Origin: Isurus oxyrinchus
Lineage: Eukaryota
Assembly (NCBI GenBank): GCA_026770705.1
Contig: JANJGN010000026.1
Coordinates: forward strand, 39,184,001-39,248,000
Direction of reading: 5' to 3'
DNA length: 64,000 nucleotides
Made by a program: the position numbers and the translations under genes. Shown here one piece after another: positions 1 to 13,354 of the stretch. The notes under the pieces are model-generated. The model saw only the letters and a program-made list of their open reading frames with translations. It was not told where the DNA came from and searched no databases. The number at the start of each line of letters is the position of its first letter. The stretch's first letter is position 1.

Positions 1-184
1 TGATTCACACCTAACTTATATAGTGTGGGATTTAAGTGTAGCTGTTTCCATATTAAGCATGTTTCTGATCAGTGGTTTTTATATATTGTCTGTTATAGCT
101 TCTCCAAACACTTGAGCGCGTTGTTTGGGGAACTATTTGAATGGTTGGTTGGGAGTTATTTGACTTTCTATGTTCTGCACTTCC

Positions 185-375
185 AGGAACACGACAGAAG
201 GAGACAGAGAGATAACAACTGAAAGAGGGGAAAGGGCGCAGAGAGGCAGGAGAGAAAGAGGCTCAGAGAGACGGAACGACTGAGAAAGAGAGAGATAAAG
301 AGAGAGAAAACCAGACATAGGTACGAAGACAGAGCCAGAGACGCAGAAAAACATAGGGATACAGGAAGACAGCCA
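185..375. repeat. GA-rich low-complexity tract
   Basis: Purine-rich gagagaca/gagagaaa run upstream of the plus-strand V pseudogene. Confidence 0.7.
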
Positions 376-565
376 GATCAAGTCGTTAATCGACAATTAA
401 CATCAATTGGTGCACAACCGTCATCAGTACTGAGAAACCAGCTAATCCTGTCCCTGTCAATCGCCCCCGAGTTTCCAAATATGGGGTAAGTGAAGCCTCC
501 CCATGATATGGGTTTACTCTTTCATGTCACACTAGAAGTCAGTCTATTAGTCTAAACCAGGCACC

Positions 566-900
566 ATGTGACCCCTATATTACTAATATTGGTCTTGCTG
601 CCTGGTGAGTTTGTTTTTAATGATCAATGTCTCTTCCATGGATTATATTCACCGTCAGATATTTGGTAAATTCTGTAATGTGTTACAGGAACTGATGGTG
701 AAGATGAATTGTCTCAGGGCGCCTCTGAATTAACAGCTCTGGAAGGGTGGACCATAATACTGAACTGCAATTAATCGGCAATTGCTGCTCGAACTCTCTT
801 CTGGTGCATCAAGTATCCTGGGAAGCTCCGGGAGAGTTATTGAAAGCGTGGGAGATACGTCTCAGGATTTTTCAGACAGGTTCTCATAGAATCGTGGAAA
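566..900 (+). pseudogene. TCR alpha/delta V pseudogene, 3'-truncated
   Basis: Damaged leader (ATG TGA...CTGCCTG|GTGAGT, 566-604). Acceptor TTACAG ends at 688. Exon reads DELSQGASELTALEGWTIILNCN*SAIAARTLFWCIKYPGK. No second Cys or RSS found. Confidence 0.75.
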
Positions 901-1227
901 GATAGCGGAGCTGAAAGAGATTACTTGATCCATCGTTGTCAGCGCCGGCCGAAAAACGAGTCACCCAGTCCAATCCCACTTTCCCCTTTAAACTCCTGCC
1001 ACTTTAAACTTATCTCTGAGTTACCAGTTGAAATCACCAAAATATAAAAATGTAATTGCACAAGTGAGACTTGCCTGTTCTCGTTGAATGTTGTTTTGTT
1101 ACTATTTGGGGGTGGGGAGTGGTGTGGGGAGCACCCCAGATATTCCCACTGTGGAGGCTGTTTGGGAGCTTTGTTTTGTGGGTGTGACAGCTCTCTCTGG
1201 CGAGCACCAACTGCAAACCCCAGTGTT

Positions 1228-1266
1228 GGTTTTTGTACGGAGTCCGCTTTTATCCACAGCAGTGTG
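1228..1266 (-). other. 23-RSS of the V at 1267
   Basis: CACACTG, 23-bp spacer, ACAAAAACC. Confidence 0.9.
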
Positions 1267-1724
1267 GGTCTCATGGCACAGAAATACACGGCGGTGTCAG
1301 AGATCACGACCTTACTGATCGTTAGCTCGGTGATCTTGGCTGTTTTATCAAATGCAGGATTGAAGCGGGCAGACAAGTCCGGGTTGCGGTTTATTATCCC
1401 TCCAGTAATATAAAACATGTACTGTGGAGGCTCCCCGGGGTGCGGACTGTACTAGAGCACAGTAGGATTACCAACGTTTGTTTTTAAGGTGCAGTTTAGG
1501 GTGACATTGCTTTCCTCTTCAGCAACCTTTTCACTGTTCCACTTTGTCTTGGCGGCTCATTCAAACATAAAATAATAATAAGAGACATCGTTATTGTTAA
1601 CATCATCATCAATTCACAACCAGTGGCATCTGGGTGAGGGTGTTTCTGGGAATAATGAATTTTTCGTGGGCGTGAACACTTACTGAGAAGGGGTAATGAG
1701 GAGCAGTGTAAGACGGTTCTGCAT
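1267..1724 (-). pseudogene. TCR alpha/delta V pseudogene
   Basis: Leader MQNRLTLLLI.. then GTAAGT. V reads NVTLNCTLKT..VL*YSPHPGEPPQYMFY..ISDTAVYFCAMR. The conserved Trp is TAG and FR1 is frameshifted. Confidence 0.9.
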
Positions 1725-2580
1725 GATGTTCGCTGTGTCTGTAACTGTGAAGTCAAGGGAAACCCTCTGTCGGAGCAGGAGTACAGAATCCCACCCCGAG
1801 CCCCCACTGAATTGCTCATCCAATCAATTCCAAGCAGAGAACAAAGGCAGCAAATTCTCCAATAATAAACGGCAAGGAAGGGGGTGATACTAACAACAGC
1901 AAACCGATGCTGTGGGCGGGGTTATAGCAGGTAGTGATATCACACAGTCGGATTCATCTGCAAAGAAGTGAACTCAGGAGTAATGTCTCCTTCGAAAAGA
2001 ATGTAACTCTGACTCTCTAAGAGGGTTTTGGTCATTCCATATTCATTCCATACTGGATACGAGTAAGTTCGGGACAGGAGTATCAGGATTGTTATATTAT
2101 TCAATAATACACAATAGTTTAATGAGTAACCTCTCTTGAATCCAGGGCTAAATCTACAGGCATCGGGATTGGAGTGATTCTGAATTACTGGACAGAGAAG
2201 TAGCAAAGGACCATCTACTTAAATTAAAGACTAAAAGAAGAAAATGTGCACAATTCTGTTTACCGAATGGAGACGGGTTGATAGGAAACACGACAGCAGG
2301 GAAATGCGTCGATAAAGAAAAGTGGAACTGAAACATTACATTGCCATTTGTAAAGCTCGCTTTAATTATACATTCAAATTTCAACGGCAAACTAATCCAA
2401 ACAGCTGTTCTTGATGAATGTTAATTGTTTAATGATCTTTTAACAAGGTCCACCTGATCTCACAGTGGGATTTGAACCATTCCTTCTGTTTTGACGGTGT
2501 GAGTGCGCCCTCTGCTCAGCGCTAACTGGAAAACTCTCTGAGTTTTTGTTTGGGACCCGCTATCTCTCTGCAGCAGTGTT

Positions 2581-3051
2581 GGGCTCATGGCACATCAATA
2601 CAAGGTGGAGTTGGAAATCAGCATGTTGCCGATCGGGCAGTTTTATTAAGCGTAGAAGAAAACCGATCAATGATATCGATGCTCCTGTACACATTCTCTC
2701 CAATATGATGAAACACGTACTCTGGAGGCTGCCTGGGATGCTCACTTTGCCAGTACACATAAAAGCAGCGATTGCTTGTTTCAAAGTGCAAGTCTGTGCG
2801 AAACTAATTTTCTCTTCATCCATTATTTCATGAGCCGGCTGTTCCATTTTGTCCTGGTGGTCCCATTCTAACATTAAAGAAAAGTAAAAACAATACTCAG
2901 TCAACATAATCATCATGATCGCCATCACCATTATTTGAACAACAATGACACCTGGGTCACAGCAATCAGGAAGACAATGGATTTTACCGGGAAGGAGGTG
3001 CTTACAGAGAAATGATATAACAATGAGGAGCGGAGTGAAATTGTCCCCCAT
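2581..3051 (-). pseudogene. TCR alpha/delta V pseudogene (same family as the 1267 V)
   Basis: Leader MGDNFTPLLIVISFL|GTAAGC. Exon QDKMEQPAHEI..TCTLK with frameshifts, ending TLY*CAMS. Degenerate RSS AACACTG-24-ACAAAAACT (2541-2580). Confidence 0.85.
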
Positions 3052-4571
3052 AATACGTCCTCAGTCTGCAACCTACGTGCAAAAAATCCTCTGTCAAAGC
3101 AGAAAGATAGATCCCCGTCCCACTGCACTGCTGACCCGAACAATGAGAAGATTGAATCAGCGTCAGCAAACTCTCCAATTACACAATCGGGTCAGAGTGG
3201 GAGCAGCAAACAGAAGCTGTGGGCAGGGATACCGCAGACTCGATATTACGTGAAGTGCATGATGACTCTCAGCTGCACTTTGAACTGAGGGAAGGAAATA
3301 GCGACGGGTGAAATTTCACAACTTTGTGACAATCCTGCACCTGCTCACTGTTCCAGTGACAGAGAGCAAATAGAGCAGAAGAGGCATGAAGAAACCTGAA
3401 TCATAGAATTTTAAACTACTGAATAGACTATTTGACATACCATCCCTGTGTCTGTTTGGAAGAGTTATCAAAGCGTCTTTCAACTCTTGCAATTTTTGCA
3501 CGAGGGGCAAGTTTTCCCATTTTCAACGTACAAAACATTTCCTTCTGAAGGTTACGATTGAATATTCTTCTTCCATCCTTTGGGTCGTGCTTTTAAGATT
3601 TTGACACGGTGTAATAAGTGAATTTCACCTTTTTGTCATCTTTTTTCTTTGAAAATGGGACTCAATGGTTATCGAATTTTCTGCTACTAGGCACAATAAT
3701 GCGTGATGTATTACTTCAGATCTTTTATCATTTTGAGAACTTCAATTAATTATCTCGCTTAAATAGTTGAGAAAGGAATAACGGCAGTTTCCCTCGTCTG
3801 TTTACACTTAAGTGCGCCACCCTTGGTACCTGCCTGGTGTATTACTTCTAATGTCTAATATCTATTATCTTGTCACTTTGTATGAATATTGGTCCCCTGA
3901 TTTTTAAACAGTATTACAGAAAGAATTGCATTACTCTCTGGCATAAACATAAAAAAAGCCTAGGTCTGATCAGCTCCAATTAAAATTTCTGGGAAACAAT
4001 GTCTGACATGCCTGTTTTAATATGTATACCAATGAACCCTCCATCCACTCAGAGCCCCATTCTAAAGTGAAACTAACAGAGCCCGCTGAAGAAAGCACTA
4101 AGTTCATTCATGTTGATTAGAAAGTCACGTGTGACCAACACCGGGGCCTATAAGGATGGTAGCCTGAGTGTGGTCACAATGGGCCTGGCCCCCTGCAGTG
4201 TGAGGTTGGAACAATAGCTGAACAGAGCCTGGGTTCCCTCTCTTCTTTTCACTTTCTAGCCCATTGCATTCACATTCATTGAGAGAGATTCAGTGAGACA
4301 TGTTTCTGATAATACTAGCCACGCTGTTGGACAGCAACTACTGGATTACGTTCATCAAGACTGGTTAGCAGGTTTGCACAAGGATTTAATGCGGCTAGCG
4401 ATCGGGTACATGCATATTATACACAGCTTGGTAGGTGGGGATTTGTACATACATACAGATAGACACAAGTTTAGATTTAAGCTCGCGCTCTTTTGTTTCT
4501 CTACCTCCATCATTGGACTTTTTGCAGATCCAGTAACTCACTCTCTGCTGACAACAACTGTATTAGATGGG

Positions 4572-5275
4572 ATAAAAGCAAAAAACTGCGGATGCTGGAA
4601 ATCCAAAACAAAAATAAAAATACAAATACCTGGAAAAACTCAGCAGGACTGACAGCATCTGCAGAGAGGAACACAGTTAACTTTTCGAGTCCTTATGACT
4701 CTTCAACAGAACTAAGGAAAAATAGAAGAGATGTGAAATATAAGCTGGTTTAAGGCGGGGGGTGGGCGGGTAGGTGGGACAAGTAGAGCTGGATAGAAGG
4801 CCAGTGATAGGTGGACATTGCCAAAAGATGTCACAGACAAAAGGACAAAGAGATGTTGACGGTGGTGGTATTATCTAAGAAATGTGCTAATAGGTGACAT
4901 TAAAGGTAGAAAACAGGACGAGCAAGATACAGATAGCCCTAGTGGGGGTGGAGCGTGGAGAAGGGATCGAAATAGACTACAAGGTAGAGATAAAACAAGG
5001 GATGGAAATACATTTAAAAACAATGGAAATAGGTGGGAAAAGAAAATCCTATATAAATTATTGGAAAAAATGGGGATTGGCAAGGGGGTGGGGATGGAGG
5101 AAAGAGTTCATGATCTAAACTTGTTGAACTCAATATTCAGTCCAGAAGGCTGTAAAGTGCCTTTTCGGAAGATGAGGTGCTGTTCCTCCAGTTTGCGTTG
5201 AGCTTCACTGGAACATTGCAGCAGGCCAAGAATGGACAAGTGGGCATGACAGCAGGGTGGTGTGTTGAAATGTAT
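4572..5275 (-). mobile_element. Penelope-like retroelement, 3' end
   Basis: Minus-strand peptide HFNTPP..LSILGLLQCSSEAQRKLEEQHLIFRKGTLQPSGLNIEF resembles the GIY-YIG C-terminus of Penelope elements. It adjoins the terminal repeat 'aaaactgcggatgctggaaat...actcagcagg', which recurs elsewhere in the window. Confidence 0.8.
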
Positions 5276-5469
5276 ATCCACCCTGCTCTCATTCACTTAT
5301 TAGGGGACTGAGGGCCCTTTTCCATGGAGATTGTTATCAAACTCCTAGTGCTTTGATGAGGGCAGAGGCTACAAATTGTCACCCTCTCCCTCAGAAGGCT
5401 TTTCTATGATCCTTATTGCGAGGTAACACCTTGTGTCTCAAACGAACAGAAAAAGCGGGCACCGAAGTG

Positions 5470-5673
5470 TCGCTAACATTCAGAGCACTTCACTATGCTA
5501 AATTGGGCCAAGCCTTGATCCTTTTCCGATCGCTGGTACTTCTCGCCAGGTGCTGCACTGTTCAGTCCGGATATCGTCTGTACCATTGTTGGATCCACCC
5601 TGCTACAGTGATAAAACAGGTCAATGATACAATGTCCCCTTCTGCAACAACCGTTGACTGTCATGTTCCATCA
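5470..5673 (-). pseudogene. Degraded TCR V remnant
   Basis: Reads QSTVVAEGDIVSLTCFITVAGWIQQWYRRYPD*TVQHL, with V-set C/W spacing. No intact 3' end or RSS. Confidence 0.65.
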
Positions 5674-5864
5674 CTGCCAGTTGAATTAGATATAACGTCG
5701 CATAATTAGTAAAATATAACGCAATTCCTTATAACATACAACAATAAAATATAAAATAACAAAATACAAGTTGATAGAATACAGGAAAATGCAATCCAAT
5801 AGAATATAGCATTATTATATTTATATATATATATACATATATATACGTAAATATATTTAGAACC

Positions 5865-6128
5865 CCGGCAAATCGCGAAATTTGAATTCAATACAAATCT
5901 GGAAAAATGACGATGAAACCACTGTCGGTTGTCGTAAAAACCCATCTCGTTCATTTATGCTCTATAGGGCAGGAAATCTACCGTCCTTACTTGGCCTGGC
6001 CAACATGTGACTCCAGACCCACAGCAACGTAGTTGACTCTTAAATGCCCTCTGAACAAGGTCAACAAGGGAGGGCTGGGTAATAAATGGTGGCCCAACCA
6101 GCGACGCTCACACCCTATAAACGAATAA
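5865..6128 (+). mobile_element. Short non-autonomous LINE-related repeat (SINE-like)
   Basis: Matches the 5' part of the element at 15425 and carries the shared 3' tail. Other copies at about 25295-25520 and 43945-44320 (minus). Confidence 0.7.
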
Positions 6129-8863
6129 TATATATTATACTGTATATATTGCACTATGTACGATGTTATACTCATATTGTATCTAATGATGTGTGCCGCA
6201 ATCACGTGGAGGATAGAGAGCAAAATCTGGAAAGGCCATCAATTAAGCTTAGCTTCATGTCGTGTCCTATCAACTTCGGTAAATTAATTGTCGGGAGATC
6301 CAGGTCAGGGTAGCTGCTTCTGAAGTCAGTGCTGTTGCGCATGAATCTTAACGAACACCAGAAAACTGTACCCGCTAGAAACAGGCTTCTGGGACTTCAC
6401 CTCACAGAGTGATGTATGAGGGAGGTTCCCGTTCATCATTGGTGGAAAGTGGGAGGAGCGTCCGGTTCGTTGTACTGAATCAGACGAATAATGGAAACAG
6501 AGAGAATACAAATCGTGAGCAATGATCTCTGTGATCCTTCCAAAGTTGATAATTTAAACCAGGCCACCAGGTGACGCTGCCGGGTCGCTGTGTCTACCAC
6601 AGGTCATATTGTCCCAAAGAATGCTGCTGACTGGAATTTGCTTCCATCTAAATTCACAAAAAAATTATTTTCAGCCCTTCGATTTGAATTCATAATATTC
6701 TATCTTTGCTAATGATAAAATTTCATACCTTACTTGATTACAAATAAGCTAGTTACCTCAAGTTGACAGTTTGGAATTAAGTACATTGCCATTACATTGG
6801 ATTGCAATTCCGATTGGGTTGGGATTTTTCTGTCATCCAAAATCTGCTTTCACCCGCACACTTCAACCGGAGCTCAATGGTGAAGGTATTTGCAGCTAAA
6901 TGATAGCATTGGAATTCGTTTCGCGAACCTGGGACTAACATGGTTCTCATAGAGAGGTGGAGTTATATCATTTCCAATGGCCATATTATTATTGCAGCAA
7001 CTTCCTCACACCTGTTTTGACCATGGGCTGCACAGGTAAATGCTGCAATTAAACAGGGACGACAGATATGGTACCCTTTGACCCTGCCAATGTCAAGGTA
7101 TCATGAAAAGATATCCCTTACTGCCAGTATCCAAGACATTCTCGACTGCATTCCCTGCAAAGAGGAACCCACTCGACTCTCGGATCTCTTTTACATTCAT
7201 CTGCAGTTATTATAGCAACACCAGCAGGTCTGCATGTTTTCCATTCTACCTTCTTACTGTTCAATCATTATGGCAATTTTACATTTTGTCACAGCCGTAT
7301 CAATTGTTTGTATTTCCTAACCCCACCCCCCCTCCCCCACCCCACCAACCTCCCCCATCCCGATCCCCCTCGGTTGGGTGGATCTGTTCACCTGCAGCAA
7401 TAATGCTGGCGTCTCCCTTGAATTCGATAGTCCTGAGTGCCTTAAAAGATGAACTTTCTGACTCACTACTCAGTCCAGTCACCTTCCTCTAAAAAGGTAG
7501 GTCTGGATCCACTTTGTCTGTGCAGATTTCAACATAGAGGCTCAGTGGGTGAAGGTTGATTTCGGGCAGATCGCCAGGACCTGACTACCCCACCAAACTA
7601 AATTGTCACCAATTGCTTTTGACTTTGCAAACTGCAACCAGCCCGAATATCGGACGTGTCAGTGAGAAACACGTCAGCCACTCGGTTCATTGCCAGAGAA
7701 CAAATAGGTAGGAGGCTGCCGCATTAGCCGATCTCTGCAAAATTAAAACATCAAAAAGTGAATCGATCAACGATAATGAAAAAGATTTTCCAGATAACTG
7801 ATCTTGCTGGAATTTCGGAAATGATTTGCAGGGCTATGGGGGAAAGGCAGTGATTCTGGCTTAGCTGCTCTCACAGATGGTCAGCACGGATAAGATGGGA
7901 CGAAAGGTCTTCCTCGCCATCATTTTATGATTCTAACCACTATCTTGAAATATGACGTATCCAATTGGAGCATTCAGCTTTTTATCTTCATGTGACTATT
8001 CTGATTTAAGTAGACCGGGTTGGCAAATGAAGCCATTGAAAGTTTTGCATGTTTATCTTGCATTAAGACAGATCCATGGTGGGGGCCGGATACCCCGAGT
8101 TGAATTCTCAATGTATTTTCAAAGTACATCAATCACATTCAGCAATCTATCTCTGTTTGTACTTCAACAGCAGCTCTTCCTTAATGATCCTCAGAAAGTC
8201 ATGTCGACGGATTAAAATCTGATGCTATTCACTGGGCAAGGCAAGTGGGTGAAAGGTGTGGAAGATGGGCAAAAGGATGTTAAAATATGAAGGAAAGATA
8301 CACCTGAGTTGGGATTTATGAAGAGGAGGAAATGGATATTTAAAAAAAGGATGAATACAAGCTGAGATGATATTTCTGAAGACAGAGAAAGGGATAATAA
8401 AATATGAAGGAAAGATGTGATGAGATGTGATTTCTGAAGCCATTCACTGTATCGAGGGTGGGGATCGATGATAAAGGAGCGAAGAACAATTCAATTCAAA
8501 CCCCTTTCATTTTGCTTCTTTCTGCACCACATCTTTTTCTAACCTTATTGAGAGTTGTAAGGAGAGTTTTTCATGCACTGTGTGTGTTAAGTTCTTGTTA
8601 ATGAATATTCCCCCTGCACCTCACCCTGGGAGCTTTGACCCGCCCAGAGCTTTCTGTCCTCTGTAACTGGTTGCACAGAGTCGATGTGACACAATCTCTT
8701 TTCTCTCTATTTGCAAACCCGAACTCTGAAAGTTATGGCTCTTTAAATATATCCTTACTTGCACAAAGATGGGCAGAATCCACCACTGAGTTTTAAACAA
8801 AATTTTAAACAAACTACAGCAGGGGTCAGTGCTCAAAATGTTTTTAAATTAGAGGTAGAGCTG

Positions 8864-9200
8864 TTTTTTTATTCAGTCATGGGATGCCGGCTTCGATGGC
8901 TGGGTCAGTGTTTATTATCCACCCCTGGTTGCCCTTGAGAAGGTAGTGGTGAGTTGCCTTCTTGAACTGCTGCAGTCCACGTGGTGTAGGCACATCTACA
9001 ATGCTGTTAGGAAGGGAGTTCCAGAATTTTGACCTAATGACAGGTGAAGGAACAACGATATATTTCCAATTCTAGTTGGTGAGTTACTGGGAGGGGAACT
9101 TAAAGGTGGCTGTGTTCCCATGTATTTGATGCCCTTGTCCTTCTAGATGGTAGTGGTCGTGGGTTTGGAAGTTGCTGTCGAAGGAGCCTTGGTGAATTCC
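8864..9200 (-). mobile_element. LINE 3'-end fragment
   Basis: 'ttcatgggatg..gcccttgagaaggtagtggtgag..ccttcttgaactgctgcagtcc' recurs at about 19465, 55102 and 62118. Confidence 0.75.
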
Positions 9201-9424
9201 TCTAGATTTGTTTCTCTAGGTGTGTTCAAATACTTGTTCAGTAACAATGAATATCACCGTTATAATATCATGGACTTCAAAATCACTGAGGCAAAATGCA
9301 GAATCGTCCTTAGCTCAATAGTTAACTGATGCTTGAGGGAAATCTCAGTGGAGTCACTGTTCCGACTGTCATGTCAGGTCAGTTTTGTGTTTCCCGGTTA
9401 CAATAATAAGCCATGGTTCGCCAG

Positions 9425-9845
9425 TGTCTAAAGCTGAACCTACCCCCCTATAAGGACGCTAAATATCGCCCAGCTCTGGGTGTTTAACTTCACTGGAAGG
9501 CAGAACGCCACCCTTGGTCTCTAAAGCTGAGCCATTCCCCCTATAAACACACTGACCGTGGTCCAGCTCAGGGTGTTTACATTCACTGACAGCCAGAGCA
9601 TCGCCCTCCGTATCTAAAGCTGAACCATTCCCCCTATAGGGACCCTGACCGTATTCATGCTATGGGTGTTTAAATTCTCTGACAGCCAGACCACCACCCT
9701 CGGTCCCTAAAGCTGAGCCATTCTCCCTATAAGGACACTAAATATCGCCCAGCTCTCGGTGTTTAAATTCACTGACAGCCAGAACACCACCCTCGGTCCC
9801 TAAAGCTGAGCCATTCCCCCCATAAAGACACTTACCATAGACTGG
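9425..9845. repeat. 93-bp minisatellite, about 4.5 copies
   Basis: TAAAGCTGA recurs at 9429, 9522, 9615, 9708 and 9801, an exact 93-bp period. Confidence 0.9.
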
Positions 9846-10024
9846 GTCGGGGTCTTTACATCCAGTGAGGACCAACGTGCCACTTACCACTCTCACAGAA
9901 CGACTGTGGACCGAAGGAAGTGAGATGAGAACATCCTGAGACACGAAAGCAGATTATTGAGGTTTGGGTTTAAAACGGCTGTCGTCAAATATGCAACTCC
10001 CCATTTACAGAGCGGACAGCGACA

Positions 10025-10477
10025 ATGCGGCTGCTCAGCACCTGGGTTGTGTGGGGAACATTTCTGACAGGTAACTGTGGATGACACGTATTTCATCTTT
10101 ATTTTTCTCATTTCCCACACATCTTTTAAATGGCGTGATTTTTTTTTTCTGTTTCAGTATGTTGTTCAGATCTAATTCATGGAAATTCTTTAAGAGCCGC
10201 TGTCCTCAGGTGCCAGGGCAGAAGGAGAAGCGGTGACTTTAACCTGCAGCTATCATCCGACACAAAGCAGCTATTCACTATACTGGTACAGGCAACATCT
10301 AGGCGCCCAGCTCCAGTTTTTATTGCTGAAATCTACGAGCTATGAATCTATGAAGAAGAAACAGATTTTGCTCAAATCCGTTTCTCAGTCGAGCTCCAGA
10401 CCTCCACGAAATTCATTAGTTTAAATATCTCTGGTCTGCAGCTGACTGACGCTGCCGTGTATTGCTGCTCTCTCAGA
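10025..10477 (+). pseudogene. TCR alpha/delta V pseudogene (inverted orientation)
   Basis: Leader MRLLSTWVVWGTFLT|GTAACT. V reads EAVTLTCSYHPTQSSYSLYWYRQHLGAQLQFLL, then a frameshift, then ISGLQLTDAAVYCCSLR. RSS CTCAGCG-23-GTACAAACT (10478-10516). Confidence 0.9.
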
Positions 10478-10899
10478 CTCAGCGATAAAACACAGTCTCA
10501 CACCTGTGTACAAACTGTCTTTGGACTGTGACTCGGAGCTCCTGTCTATTTGGATTTATGTGTAGAATCTCGGGCAGAAGCAACCACCATGTTCAGCGGT
10601 GCTGTCAGCCGCTCAAACGCACATCGAGAGGAAACCACATTCACCTCGGATCAAACTGTCGCCCAACGGTTTCCAATAGCGACTGAGAGAACAAACTGCA
10701 GATTGAGGATTCCCGCTGAGTAACAGAATCTCCATCACTCAGATCTTGAACACACGGATAAAGAAATCAGAAATTAGCGATTAAAAGTTCAACTGAAATG
10801 AACTAACTGAAATTTCGCAAATAATGCTACATAAAATGTTATACAAACTACAACGCCGAAAACTGCACCTTACTCAATATTTCGGTGTTTACACTTCCA

Positions 10900-11400
10900 A
10901 CGACCCTATCCCTTTTTATCTCACTCTCTCAGCATCTCCTTCTATTCCATTCACCCTCCTTGTCTCTTAAATGTATCAGTTCGCCTCAGCCCCTGCTGGT
11001 GATAGTGATTTGCATATTCCATCCCATCTCTGGATAAATAAATTTCTCCTGAGTTCCATGTCGGATCTTTTGGTCACTCATAAATATATACCACAGTTTT
11101 GAATTAAGTACAAGTGGAAACATCTCTACCCCTTCAAACTCCAACATCATTAAAAGAACTCTGTTTCGTTACCCCTCTGTATTCTCTTTACTATAGGAAA
11201 GAAGGACAGTCTGTGCAGTGTTTTCTTTACTTCTCAAATCTGGCATCATCACTGTAATGCCTTGTTGCATTGTGTCTATGCCGCTTTATATTCCTATTAT
11301 AAGCAAGAGGCCAGAATTGCTCACAATAGCTCAAGTGTGTTCTAACCAGGATCTGCATTTTTAACATGAACTCCCTTATTTTTAAATTCATTCCTCCGAA
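10900..11400 (-). mobile_element. Decayed CR1-type LINE 3' fragment
   Basis: Diverged similarity to the CR1 3' ends at 46490-47400 and 51250-51725. Confidence 0.5.
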
Positions 11401-12280
11401 CATTAAGCCCTTTTAAAAGTGTTCAACTTCTTACAGATAGTGAATGAAACCCAGGTGCCAGCGAGACGGAGTCCCGCATTGCTGCTGCTCCTGGAATTCA
11501 AGGGACTTTTTGTGTCTCAGAATCCTGCAGAGTATCGAACAAGAATAATCTGACAGCATTGCCTGAGGCTGGTCCGATGTCATTTTCTGCAGAACATACG
11601 ATGAGAGAAGATGAGATCACTGGATCTGATTGGCCTGATGTAATTTCCGTAACCACATTGGGAAAGTTCTTATTACAGAGAACTGAGGCATTAACATCGC
11701 ATTCGGCTGATCAGAGAGAAAGATGGGTAAGTATACACAGCTTGAACTCTAATTGACCTGAGAGACAGTGTGAACTTCAATGAACTGGCATGAATGTCTT
11801 CCCAAAGAAAGAAATAGAGGGTGTGAACGTAGATGGAGATTTTCAGTTATTTCACTCATTATCACAAATTAGACTGAGCTTGTTGACTGTGATGAAGTCG
11901 GATTTGATCAACATTCTACTGCGTTCACACAACGAGTAGATCTTAACTTGTAATTCTGTGTTAGTGGCACACGGAAGAGAGCGTCAAAATTTCCGAACAA
12001 TGAATAGGAGAAACTGCCTATGTATCAGACATTAACAGGCCGGGTTATCAAAAAGACCTGAGCAGGGTTTCTCCTGCTGAATTAATAGAGTGAATAAATG
12101 TTTATCTGACTCACCTACCCAGAGTTGATGGGAGTTGTCTTGTGGCCACATTGTCTGTTGGATTTACTTGGAGAAGAACTTGCATTCCCTGTATATCGCC
12201 ACACAGTGCGCTACGCAATTCACTTTGTCACATTGCGGCAGTGTTTTTGTACGAGTCTCCCTCTGGTTCCTGTCACTGTG

Positions 12281-12783
12281 TCTCCCAGCCCTCAGTAATA
12301 CACCACGCTGTCAGACAGCTGCAGGTCACGGATGGTGAAATTCCCCTCACTTTTCAAAGTGTCGAGAGATGCAGAAAATCGAGCCCCCACGCCCTCTGCT
12401 CTGAAAATATTTCCGTATTTTGGGATGTACATCAAGAATGTGGGGACTTTACCCCGGTCATGACGGTACAGCTGTAAGTAAGGTGTACCAGCAGTGGTGG
12501 AATAGCTGTAATAAATGGTCACCGAGTCTCCTTCAAATTGCATTGCTGGTTCTGGTTCCTGTGAGACTGAGTCTGCACCACTAACACCTGCAGAAATTAA
12601 AAATAAAGAGCTTAAAGGTTATATTACTTTAGCCCAGTTTGTCATGTTGAGTGAGGGATTCTGAATAGAAATAAAATTGAATTGAAAGAATGATACCTGC
12701 AAGAGGAAGACTGTGTAACGTGCGGACTTACCGGGTAAGAGAGCTGCAGCTGTGAGAAATGAATAAAAGGTAAAACCCAACAT
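12281..12783 (-). pseudogene. TCR alpha/delta V pseudogene
   Basis: Leader MLGFTFYSFLTAAALLP|GTAAGT (12732-12783). V exon 12281-12587 reads ADSVSQEP..VTIYYSYSTT..LQLYRH..DSVVYY*. Cys23, Trp41 and Cys104 are all lost. RSS CACAGTG-23-ACAAAAACA (12242-12280) is intact. Confidence 0.92.
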
Positions 12784-12897
12784 ATTTCCAGCGGGCTGAT
12801 GGCGGAATGAAACAAAACGGGTTGAATCTGTATATGTTTCAGTAAAGGGTTGGGAAAATTTTCTTCAGCCATTGGTTAATTCCTGAAAGTCTCCACA

Positions 12898-12960
12898 AGT
12901 GACGTCCAATCAGCCCCACGATATTTTGTTCTACAACTTATTGCATCAAAACGTGACGCA
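12898..12960. promoter_or_regulatory. V promoter elements (CRE/decamer-like, CCAAT)
   Basis: AGTGACGTCCAATC and GTGACGCA about 115-175 bp upstream of the leader ATG. CRE-like motifs are typical of TCR V promoters. Confidence 0.55.
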
Positions 12961-13354
12961 GCAAATCAGTGAAGTCGTTGTTCCTTCAAAGGGACTGAGC
13001 AGAGGATTCAATTGAATGTTGGGTCTCCAGTAGAGTCAGTGTGTGACGTGGTAGCAGTGAGGGGGAATGGTTAATGTTGTCCTTAATGTTGTCCACCAAT
13101 GCCGAAGGCTCGCATTAAAAGAGCTGCTCACTGACCATGGGAACATCGCACAGCTGATATTAAGAGGAATACTAAACAGAATGACAATAATGGAGTCTGC
13201 AACACAGAAATGTGCCATTTCACCAAACTAATCGTTAGTTTGGTTTCTGTTCAGTTACCAGTTAACAATTCAGGTCCCAAAATTGATTCAGTGAGAGAAA
13301 GCGAGAGTCCTTTGCGGTTTTTGTTCGGCCTGACAGCGCCTGTGTAACAGTGAG

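Noticed and set aside
6395-6445. Possible plus-strand RSS (cacagag..)
   Set aside because: No acceptable nonamer and no V-like coding sequence before it.
11438-11726. Acceptor/donor-bounded plus-strand segment
   Set aside because: Stops in the plausible frames and no recognisable domain.
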